In this document: one piece after another, positions 1 through 8,700 of the stretch
Position numbering within the stretch: position 1 is the first letter of the stretch
How the letters are laid out: every line of letters begins with the position of its first letter
Origin: an uncultured archaeon
GTDB taxonomy: Archaea; Asgardarchaeota; Lokiarchaeia; Sigyniarchaeales; SOKP01
DNA: 12,573 nt
NCBI GenBank assembly: GCA_964447495.1
Contig: CAYUTF010000090.1
Span: forward strand, 1-12,573
Direction: 5' to 3'
Translations under genes and position numbers: made by a program
The notes under the pieces: model-generated
The model's database searches: none
The model's input: only the letters and a program-made list of their open reading frames with translations
Told to the model about the DNA's origin: nothing

Positions 1-1
1 G

Positions 2-1420
2 GCTTTTAATCTTGTTTACTTCATTTTCCATCAATTCAGTTAAATACATTTTATTAGTTATTTCCATGGCTTTATTAAAAATTTCTAAAGCTTTATTATA
101 TTCTTTTTGTTCTAAAAAAGCTTTACCTTCAACCAATATTTCATTAATCCGTGATGAGAAAACCTTATTTACAGAATCTTTTAGTCGATTTAGATCTTCA
201 TTTTCTTCTTCTTTCTCTGGTAAATTTTTTGCGACACTGATTGCAGCATATAGTTCGTTTACTGACCCCTCGTAATCTTTCTGAGCCAGTCTCCTTAAAG
301 AATTATCCCTCAACAAGTTAATTCTCTTTAGACAAGCTTGCCTGATTAATTCCGAAATTTCCTTTATCTGCAATTGTTTTTGCTTTGATTCCGCCATATT
401 TTCAGCAATAGCTAATGCATCAGTGAAATTTTTAATTGCTTCATTCACAAGACTTACATTTTCTGCAAAATTACCAGTAGTAATAACATCTTTACCTTTA
501 TTGAGTAGCGGGCTAATTTTTGATAAATAAACTGGATTTAAGGCATCTACGGCAACAGAATTAATCTTATCAATTTCGTTTTGTTTTTGCTCAGAATCAA
601 ACATTTTTCGGGTAAGATCTAGAGCTTTTTCGAACTCTTTTACTGCCGCTTCAAAATTATTTTGTGAATATAATAATTTACCTTTATTCATTAAGGGGTC
701 TATTAAATTGGAATACACCTGATTTATCATATTTTTTAAATTGAGACTATCATTAGTTTTCAAGTCAGATTCAAAGTATTTTTCTGTTATTTTCAAGGCA
801 TCTTTATAGCTTTCAATAGCATCATGATCATCTCCATTAGTTTTAAGTTTGTTTCCTTGCTCGATTAGTAAATTCACTTGGTGAGAATATACGTTATTAG
901 TCGTACTTTTAATGCGTTCTATAATCTCTTGATTTGGTTTAGCATGATAAATTTTCTCAGCTTTAACTAAAGTTTCTTTGAGTATATTTACGGCATTTTC
1001 ATATCTATCCTCTTTAACCAATACTTCTGCTTTATAAATCGATTCTTCTAACTGAGTATGTTCGATAGCATCATTAATTTCTTTAATTTCCTCAGCTCTT
1101 AATTCTCTTTCATCAATTTTATCAGCGATTCTCATTGCTTCTTCATAAGTCTTATATGCTCTATCATAATCATTTTCATTCATGTAGTTATATGCTTTAT
1201 TGGCTATATCGATAATTTCAATTACATAAATTTGATCGATTTCTGTTTTAAGATTGCTTACCTCTTCATGCTTATCTTCAATTTCTTTAACCTTATCATC
1301 AATAAAACGTATACCTTCGAGAAGTTTCTCAATAGCTTTATTATATTTCTTTTCTCCTTTTAGAACCTCTGCTTCTTCCATAATTGAATTTAACTTTTTT
1401 AAATCTGACTTTTTAACCAT
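2..1420 (-). CDS. TPR/MIT-like alpha-helical repeat protein, partial (runs off the left edge, >=473 aa)
   Basis: Hand translation from ATG at 1420 (MVKKSDLKKLNSIMEEAEVLKGEKKYNKAIEKL...EVNKIKS) is open to the window edge. Eight ~55-65 aa repeats carry TPR-like cores, e.g. LIEQGNKLKTNGDDHDAIESYKDALKI, LMNKGKLLYSQNNFEAAVKEFEKALDL, ILVEGKAFLEQKEYNKALEIFNKAMEI. SD-like AGGCGA upstream. Absent from the ORF track because no stop codon falls in the window. Confidence 0.9.
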   Translation of the reverse strand, partial: MVKKSDLKKLNSIMEEAEVLKGEKKYNKAIEKLLEGIRFIDDKVKEIEDKHEEVSNLKTEIDQIYVIEIIDIANKAYNYMNENDYDRAYKTYEEAMRIADKIDERELRAEEIKEINDAIEHTQLEESIYKAEVLVKEDRYENAVNILKETLVKAEKIYHAKPNQEIIERIKSTTNNVYSHQVNLLIEQGNKLKTNGDDHDAIESYKDALKITEKYFESDLKTNDSLNLKNMINQVYSNLIDPLMNKGKLLYSQNNFEAAVKEFEKALDLTRKMFDSEQKQNEIDKINSVAVDALNPVYLSKISPLLNKGKDVITTGNFAENVSLVNEAIKNFTDALAIAENMAESKQKQLQIKEISELIRQACLKRINLLRDNSLRRLAQKDYEGSVNELYAAISVAKNLPEKEEENEDLNRLKDSVNKVFSSRINEILVEGKAFLEQKEYNKALEIFNKAMEITNKMYLTELMENEVNKIKS

Positions 1421-1564
1421 TTTACTTTCGCCTAATTCAGTTTGCTGATATACATATCTTATTTAATTTAATCCATAGAATTAATTTAAATGTTTTAAAC
1501 TTTTCTTATAAAAAAATCACAAACGAAGAATTATTAAAATCAAAAAAAAACTTTATCATATTAA
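1421..1564. promoter_or_regulatory. Divergent promoter region
   Basis: Very AT-rich spacer between divergent genes with TATA-like elements (TTTAAA, TTATAAA). Exact promoters cannot be assigned. Confidence 0.4.
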
Positions 1565-3193
1565 GTGATGATTATGAAAAGTGAAAAAGAGATAAAGAAA
1601 ATCTTTTTTGGTGGTACTATTCTTACCATGAATGATGAAACTCCTCTAATAGAAGCAATTGGGATTAAGGGTGAAATTATCATGGCAGTTGGTAGTTTAA
1701 AACATGTGAAAGACACACTTCAAAGTGATTATCTCTTAATTGATTTGAACGGCTCCACGTTATTACCAGGTTTTTGTGATTGTCATTTACATCCTGTAAT
1801 GTATATGTTATATTTACTAAGTCCTGACTTCTCAAATATTACAAATCTTTCACAATGTAAAGAATATATAACAACAATATCAAAAGATAAAAGCACTGAT
1901 AAATTGATAATTGGATTTAATTTGAGCGAAGAAAAATTTGAGAAACCTGTTCTGCCAACGCGTTGGGATTTGGATGATGCTTGTCCAGATAAGCCTTTAT
2001 TCATATTAAGATATGACAGCCATATAGGGGTAGCAAATAGCAAAGCATTAGAATTAGCAGGGATAAATAAAGATACTTTACCTCCAGAGGGCGGTGAGAT
2101 TCGTAAAGATAACAACGGTCAATTAACGGGAGTTATATCAGAAAAAGCTCTCGAGTTAATTATGTCAAAATTAGTTCTTCCAAGTATTAAAGAGATGAAG
2201 GAAGCTTCCACCAAGGCATCTCATATTTTAGCACAAAAAGGATTGACTTCTTTACACGGTATTTTTAGCGCCGATCCTCTACAAAAGAACGATTCAAATA
2301 GTGTGTCCGAATTATCGCTTTTTGAATATTTTAGGAAAAATATTCTTCAAAATTGTTATGTATTTATCGAAATTGAAGATAGTGCAAAACTAATTGACTT
2401 CAAGAAATCCTCATTGAACGAAAGTAAAAAATATGCGAAATTTAAAGTTGGTGGATTGAAGCTTTTTCTAGATGGAACTCTGGGGGCAAAAACCGCATGT
2501 ATGCATGAACCTTTTACTGATGCGCCTGAAATGTGCGGCTTCTGCGTAGTAGATGAAGAGGAGATTTATGAAAAAATGAAGACGGCACATAATCAAGGGT
2601 TCCAAGTAATCATCCATTCTATTGGGGATAAAGGGTGTAGAATTGCGATGGATCTTTTTATTCGGTTATTAAAAGAATTTCCTAGAGAGGATCATAGACA
2701 TCGAATTGAACATGCTTCGCTATTAACTGATGATGTTATTAAAGATATGAAAAAATATGGAGTGATTGCTTCTTGCCAGCCACCTTTTATCAATTCTGAA
2801 TATAAGTGGCTTGAAAAACGCTTAGGAAAAGAACGCCTTAAATATACTTACCCATTTAAATCCATAATCAATTATGGAGCCACACTAATCTCCGGGTCTG
2901 ATTGTCCCATAGAAGATGCCAGCCCAATTCAAGGTTTACATGCTTTAGTGAATCGAAATAACTTTGTTCCTGACCAATGTATCTCTATGGAGGACGCATT
3001 AAAAACATACACTATAAATGCGGCATATGCTTGCTTTCAAGAGAATATTAAAGGTACTATTGAGGAAGGAAAGCTAGCTGACTTTGTAATTTTGGATGGA
3101 AACCCTTTCAGCATTTCTAAGAATAAAATTAAGGATATCCAGATTATGGAAACGATTATTAGAGGAAAAACAGTTTACAAAAGAAAATGTTAA
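1565..3193 (+). CDS. Amidohydrolase 3 family (YtcJ-like) metal-dependent hydrolase
   Basis: Metal-binding motifs PGFCDCHLH, GGLKLFLDG, HSIGD, RHRIEHA, SGSDCP and C-terminal KGTIEEGKLADFVILD. True start may be ATG 1568 or 1574 (GTGA SD-like sequence upstream of 1574). Confidence 0.93.
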   Translation: MMIMKSEKEIKKIFFGGTILTMNDETPLIEAIGIKGEIIMAVGSLKHVKDTLQSDYLLIDLNGSTLLPGFCDCHLHPVMYMLYLLSPDFSNITNLSQCKEYITTISKDKSTDKLIIGFNLSEEKFEKPVLPTRWDLDDACPDKPLFILRYDSHIGVANSKALELAGINKDTLPPEGGEIRKDNNGQLTGVISEKALELIMSKLVLPSIKEMKEASTKASHILAQKGLTSLHGIFSADPLQKNDSNSVSELSLFEYFRKNILQNCYVFIEIEDSAKLIDFKKSSLNESKKYAKFKVGGLKLFLDGTLGAKTACMHEPFTDAPEMCGFCVVDEEEIYEKMKTAHNQGFQVIIHSIGDKGCRIAMDLFIRLLKEFPREDHRHRIEHASLLTDDVIKDMKKYGVIASCQPPFINSEYKWLEKRLGKERLKYTYPFKSIINYGATLISGSDCPIEDASPIQGLHALVNRNNFVPDQCISMEDALKTYTINAAYACFQENIKGTIEEGKLADFVILDGNPFSISKNKIKDIQIMETIIRGKTVYKRKC

Positions 3194-3194
3194 A

Positions 3195-3233
3195 TCTTTT
3201 TTGAAAATTAATGTATTTTGCATACTTTTTCAA
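3195..3233 (+). terminator. Possible terminator (oligo-T plus imperfect hairpin)
   Basis: TCTTTTTT right after the stop, then imperfect inverted repeat TTGAAAA-tta-ATGTA-ttt-TGCAT-act-TTTTCAA (3201-3233). Confidence 0.3.
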
Positions 3234-3393
3234 TTAAAACTCTTATATTTTATACCCAGTTAAGATTGTGAATTATAACACGATGATAATGATTTAAATA
3301 AAGTATTAAAAATATTGTGCCTATTATTTACTTTAGAAATTATCAATAAAATTTTTACATTAAAGTATAAAAACAAATTACAAATCATACATT

Positions 3394-3651
3394 ATGAGAA
3401 GTTCATATTTTAAATATATCTCGTACATCCTTATTTTCTTAAGCTTAGTTTTACTTTTAATTAGCATCGTAATTTTGATCGCAAGCGGCAACGATCTGGT
3501 AATTTTAATCAGTCCCGGGCAAATAACTGATGCAGAAAGATTTTTCTTATTTTCACAAATAATCTATGTGAGTATATGGGGCATTAGTTGTATGATAACT
3601 GGATCAATATTACTTATAGGTTCTTTAAGATTACTAATTGCTTTAAAGTAA
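3394..3651 (+). CDS. Small hypothetical membrane protein (2 predicted TM helices)
   Basis: 85 aa ORF with ATG start in otherwise empty space; hydrophobic stretches YISYILIFLSLVLLLISIVILIA and IIYVSIWGISCMITGSILLIGSL. Confidence 0.7.
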   Translation: MRSSYFKYISYILIFLSLVLLLISIVILIASGNDLVILISPGQITDAERFFLFSQIIYVSIWGISCMITGSILLIGSLRLLIALK

Positions 3652-3778
3652 ACAATATTATTTGAAGAAAAAAGTTAATAAGAAGGATGTTATAAAGTAA
3701 AAAAGCTCTTCAAATCCATATAATCTAATTTGTAAAATTATTATTCTAAAGCATCAGCCTATAAAAAGGATTCTGAGA

Positions 3779-4948
3779 CTAGTCTGTAAAGTAAAGATGC
3801 TCGTCAAAACCTGTTTCAGCTATAAGATCTTGACCTAGTTTTTGAATTGCCTTCTTAGTCGGATGTCGTAAGATGCGTCGCGTAATATTAACGACCTTAC
3901 TCAGTTTATTATCCGGAAAATCGCGGATGATATTATCATAGCGAGAAAAATCTATTCCTGCAGTGTATACTCCCGCATCACCATGTCCTGCAGAAGAAGA
4001 GACTTGCCAATGTTCTACTTTTAGTTCAATTTTCGAAAGGAGGAGGCTTGAAGTGAACCATTCAATATATAATTCCATTCGGTTTGATTTACGTTTCGTA
4101 GTTTTAAGCATTTTCAAAGCTCGATTCAGTCGGTCTGGATGCATTTGCTTAAATACTTTTTCTTGGAGTTCTGTCATACAATCTTTAACATGGGCTTTAA
4201 TTAAGCTTAATATTTCTTCTACTTTTTGCGCTCTCTCTGCGGTAATTTCTTGATGTATGGATTGAATATGTTGAGCAAGAACGTTCTCGTATCCATTATT
4301 ATCTTCTGTTTGATCCGTAGGGGGAGAAGAACTCTGATTTAATGATATACTTCCTGACGCGGATTGTTGTAGCTCGCTTGGCATACTATATATTTCTTTT
4401 TGAGGTAAATTAAACAATGATTCTAATTTAGCAGGATCTTGTCTCACATCATTAAACTTTCCTTGAATTTCTTGACGAGAATATCCCATATTCATGAGAT
4501 AAAATGCAGCACTTGATAATTGACTTTCTAAAGCGTCTGAAGCGCTATAAGACGAGGAAATACCAAATTGAACTCTTAATTGATCATCCGCCATTAAGCT
4601 GATTTTATTTTCATTGATATCCTGAACATTTAGAGCATTTAATTTGGAAAGGATAAAAGTTACTTGGTCCTCACTTAAATAATTTAATGAACCAAGTGGA
4701 CTTATCATGTAAGATATCTTTTCCATCTTCTCTAATTGTTCTTGAATATCTTTCTGATTCTTTCCGTTTGAGATTTTTAAAAAGTGATATAGAAAATTTT
4801 TATTGAAACCAGCTAAAATTTTCAGAGCATTCTCATCGAATTTACTTAAATGCTCATCTAAACCATTTCCTTGAAATTCGGGAGGAAGAGCAATATGATA
4901 CACTATAATATTATCCAGAATCATATATATATAGTCAGACTTGTCCAT
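3779..4948 (-). CDS. Hypothetical protein with central UBA-like segment and S/Q-rich linker
   Basis: 389 aa ORF, AAGGGA upstream of ATG. Helical N-region, LMNMGYSRQEI motif at aa 151-161, low-complexity linker aa ~190-220, helical C-region. No overall family recognised. Confidence 0.85.
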   Translation of the reverse strand: MDKSDYIYMILDNIIVYHIALPPEFQGNGLDEHLSKFDENALKILAGFNKNFLYHFLKISNGKNQKDIQEQLEKMEKISYMISPLGSLNYLSEDQVTFILSKLNALNVQDINENKISLMADDQLRVQFGISSSYSASDALESQLSSAAFYLMNMGYSRQEIQGKFNDVRQDPAKLESLFNLPQKEIYSMPSELQQSASGSISLNQSSSPPTDQTEDNNGYENVLAQHIQSIHQEITAERAQKVEEILSLIKAHVKDCMTELQEKVFKQMHPDRLNRALKMLKTTKRKSNRMELYIEWFTSSLLLSKIELKVEHWQVSSSAGHGDAGVYTAGIDFSRYDNIIRDFPDNKLSKVVNITRRILRHPTKKAIQKLGQDLIAETGFDEHLYFTD

Positions 4949-4997
4949 AATTCCCTTAATGTCCCAATTTGTTCTGTAGCTGATATTTTTATACCTT

Positions 4998-5012
4998 CAA
5001 AATAAAAAAAAA
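4998..5012 (-). terminator. Oligo-T tract, possible archaeal terminator downstream of the phosphatase gene
   Basis: Minus strand reads ATTTTTTTTTATTTT about 35 nt after the phosphatase stop; a near-identical tract follows the C25 gene. Confidence 0.4.
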
Positions 5013-5047
5013 TCTAAATAACATATAATAATAATCCAATAAATACT

Positions 5048-5551
5048 TTACATTAATGTTTTTTGATGAAATTTTTGTGCAATTGATCTCGCGTATTTTA
5101 TTTGTTCCTTTGTTTCTAAACTGCAAGGTCTTATCTTTCGAATCCAATCAACGGGATCCATATTTTTCGGAATAAAGTTGTTATGCGCAGCCCATGCTAC
5201 AATAAATTGAGCGGTTCTACCACATCCAGCTACGCAATGTATAACAATTGCACTTTTTTGTTTTGAATATCCATCCGATACTTTAAGAAATTCTTTAATT
5301 TGTTCCTCAGAGGGTATTCCATAATCAGGGACATTAAAATGATGGTACTTAAAATTATCCGGTATATCCTTCCGATTATCAAACTCAGAGCAATTAATTA
5401 TGACGGATATTCCTTCTTTTTTATATATATCCAATATTTTCGAATCAGGCCACCAACTGGCAGCTAATCTACCCTTTATTATCCAAGTAAAGGGCTCACT
5501 CCTTTCAAGCATTCCACCTTTGGGCCAATAAGATGGCCATATTCTCTTCAA
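5048..5551 (-). CDS. Dual-specificity / protein-tyrosine phosphatase family protein
   Basis: Catalytic CX5R loop IVIHCVAGCGRTA, general-acid loop FNVPDYGIP, C-terminal IRKIRPCSLETKEQ (Q-loop-like). TTG start with GTGA upstream. Confidence 0.92.
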   Translation of the reverse strand: MKRIWPSYWPKGGMLERSEPFTWIIKGRLAASWWPDSKILDIYKKEGISVIINCSEFDNRKDIPDNFKYHHFNVPDYGIPSEEQIKEFLKVSDGYSKQKSAIVIHCVAGCGRTAQFIVAWAAHNNFIPKNMDPVDWIRKIRPCSLETKEQIKYARSIAQKFHQKTLM

Positions 5552-5599
5552 ATTATCACAGAGTGTATAATCGTTAAATTCCTTAATTTATTATATATC

Positions 5600-5640
5600 G
5601 AATAAAAGAGGAGATAAAATAAAAAAAAAATGATTTTATT
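5600..5640 (-). terminator. Oligo-T tract, possible terminator downstream of the C25 gene
   Basis: Minus strand reads TTTTTTTTTTATTTTATCTCCTCTTTT shortly after the stop codon. Confidence 0.45.
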
Positions 5641-5647
5641 TCAAAAT

Positions 5648-5731
5648 CTATGTTTTTCGTCTTTTAATTAAAATGACAAGTGACAACATGCCAATTATCC
5701 CCAGAAAGATAAAGAGGTCATAGCCGGGGAT
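5648..5731 (-). other. Loki-CTERM-type C-terminal sorting signal
   Basis: S/T-rich linker SSPSTTSEG, then IPGY motif, hydrophobic TM helix and basic tail KRRKT. Confidence 0.8.
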
Positions 5732-8700
5732 GCCTTCTGATGTTGTTGAAGGTGAAGAGACTTTAAGATCTTGATACAAGGGCGTAGCTATGACTGAACT
5801 ATACGCATTGTCAGTTCTAAATTCATAGGTATAATTCGAAGCAGACACAGCAAGCGTAGTGGTATAGATATACACACACCCGTCAGTATAATCGTCGTCA
5901 GAGGGGGTTAGTTTGACCATAGTATGTGGAATGCTATTTATTAGAACAGAAATGCTAGTTGGAGCATCATTATCTAAATCAGTATATATAATACTAAAGA
6001 GAAATACTGTAGTTTCATATCCGATTTTTGGAGTAACTGTGCCTAGGGTGAGCGTTGGAGAAGTGTTATGACTATATGAGAATTTAGCATTTGATTCAAC
6101 AAAAGTAAATTCATAGGAAGCACTTCCTCCGCCATAGAAGAATGTAGCATTAAGTAAAATACCTGTGCTTTTTTCATAATAAGCTCTGGTAAGGGGTTCT
6201 GCTAAATCTTCCAAAACCCAGACTTCAACAATGCCAAATCCCGTTATAATGTAAGTAGTGTTTCCTGCAACCCTAAAAGTATGATCTCCATCGCCAATTA
6301 CAGCAATTAAAACATTACTCTCTAAAGACACATCATTTTTAATCCAAAAAGGAGTGTGGTATCCCTCTCCAAAAGGGAGCATGGTAGTGGGATTATCCAT
6401 TATTCGCGTTTCCACATTTTCTTCCCATTCATATAGACTAGAGCCTCCAATTGTCCATGCTACATTAAAAATTTCACCTGATTGATATGAATATTCAGTA
6501 TGAGAATCTATGTACGTTCCACTTATGGAAAATATATGGTCTATATATAATCCATCGAATAACTGGCATTCACTAACTTCTGGACCGACATATGGGCCAT
6601 CAGAATCAAAAAATAGGCCATCTGAGCAGTTAAAAAGATAATTATAAGTGCCTACTTGTTCAAATTGCGTTTCATATATATACACACATCCATCAATATA
6701 ATAATTATCTAATATATCTTGTTTATACATTTCATATGAGACATCGTTAATTATGACATACATAAATTCAGGAGCATTATTCTCAACATCAGAATAATTT
6801 ATACTATATGTGAAAAGTGTAGCATTGGCATATCCTATTCCTGGATTTAAATCTGCATCAGTAAGAGACGGTGCATTATAATTTATAAGTGCAGATATCG
6901 TAAGATCATTATATACTTCAGTAGAATTTGTATAGAGCCAATCAGCACATTCGAAATAATATTCATAATCTCCTGGTTGTAGATATGTAATGAATTCATA
7001 TTCACATCCATCAGTATAGTTACTATCAAGATCATCAACTTTGTTCATTGGATAAACGGTATTGTTCACAACAACGTTAATAGAAATTGGGTAGTTATTA
7101 TCATAATCAGTATATATAACACTAAAGTTAAGCATGGTCATTTGATCTCCAATATTTGGATTAACTTTACCATCTGTAAGCATAGGTTCAAAATAATTTC
7201 CGACATATGAGAAGGGAACATTAGTATCAATAAATTCAAACGTATAGTTATACATACCTGAGTAATAGAAAAAAGTGCCATTAAGTAGGATACCTGTACT
7301 CTTTTCGTACCATGCAACACTAGGTTCATCAATATCTTCTAAAACCCAAATTTCAATTTCGCCAAATCCGGGTAATAAATAAATTAATTCATCAGAAATA
7401 GTAAAATTATGATCTCCCATTCCATCAACTGCAATAGAAACATTATCTCCCAAAGTTACATTGGTAAATATCCAGAAGGGCGTGTGATAATAGTTTCCAA
7501 AGTTTATTGTACCTCCCGCTTCTGTCATCTCTCTTGATAAGGCATCGACTTTCCAATATCCTGAGTATGGAAATACATCCCATGTAGCTTGGAATTTAGT
7601 ATTTGCATCATAAGAATAAGTAATATTAGTAAGAATGCTTTGAGTAGCTTGACCAAAATTATAAGTAATATACATTCCATCAAATAACTGGCATTTTTCC
7701 ACATTTGGTCCCGAATGGATTACATCATAAGCAAGATTTAAACCATCAGAACAATTAAAATAAAATGAATGTACACCAATATCTTCTAATATTATTTTGT
7801 ATTCAAAAATTACACCATCCATAAAATTAGTATCAAATGGATCTTGTTGAACCATATCATATACCGTAGAATCGACAGTTGCCTGAATATATTCGGGTGC
7901 ATCGTTGTCTAAGTCAGTGTAATTAACTGAAAGCTCAAATTCAGTTAAATTAACCAAACCTGTACTTGGTGAAACAAAACCATTTGCCAGAGTAGAATTA
8001 TTTTCATTCAACTTTTCATTAACAATTAATCCTACTTCTGTTTCAGTATAATTTAAAAATTTATAATCCTCACATATGAAGGTATAATGATATTCATCTG
8101 GTTGAAGGTAGATTTCTGCTTGATAAACACATCCATTGGTATAATCTTCATCTAAGTCTATTTCCTTTTGCATTGGAAACTCCGTTTCATTGATCATGAC
8201 ATTTACATAAATCGGGGGATTATTATCAGCATCGGTATATACTACTTCAAATGTAAACAATGTAGTCTGATCTCCGGTCATTGGGGCAACAGATCCTTCT
8301 GTAAGTTGAGGCTCATAATCATTTGGTTGAGGGGGAAGTGTTGCACAAGGATCCCCCAATAAGTTAAGTTGGTAATAACACCAACGCATTGCTTCTTGTG
8401 AGATATATCCTATATTATCCTCCTTTGAATCTTGATTAGCCCTCCCGATTTCGTCTATACCTTCAGAAAACATGGCATCAAAAAATTGACGATCATAGTA
8501 CTGTGAAGCTCCATTGGTGCCATAATTATCACCCCATCCAAAGCGACTATTTCCGACAAAAGCAAAAGCCCCATGTTCACTTGTTACAAAATGTTCTACA
8601 ATAGAGTCATTTGCATGGGTCATTCCCCAGGGACCTTTATTATCAAACGCACCATTATAACATCCCTGACTATAGGCAAAAAAATAGTGAGTATTAGTAA

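Noticed and set aside
12-275. 87-aa plus-strand ORF
   Set aside because: Antisense shadow of the helical-repeat gene; S/F/L-rich composition typical of reverse-complemented K/E codons.
1254-1448. 64-aa plus-strand ORF
   Set aside because: Antisense to the 5' end of the helical-repeat gene.
1783-2115. 110-aa minus-strand ORF
   Set aside because: Antisense, entirely inside the amidohydrolase; no motifs.
3963-4253. 96-aa plus-strand ORF
   Set aside because: Antisense shadow inside the 389-aa gene.
7138-7332. 64-aa minus-strand ORF
   Set aside because: Alternative frame within the uninterrupted C25 gene; no sign of a frameshift.
5790-8323. Diversity-generating retroelement-like template/variable repeat pair in the C25 duplication
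   Set aside because: The copies are heavily diverged at all bases, both lie in frame within one CDS, and there is no RT nearby; this fits an old domain duplication.
8168-8362. 64-aa plus-strand ORF
   Set aside because: Antisense inside the C25 gene.
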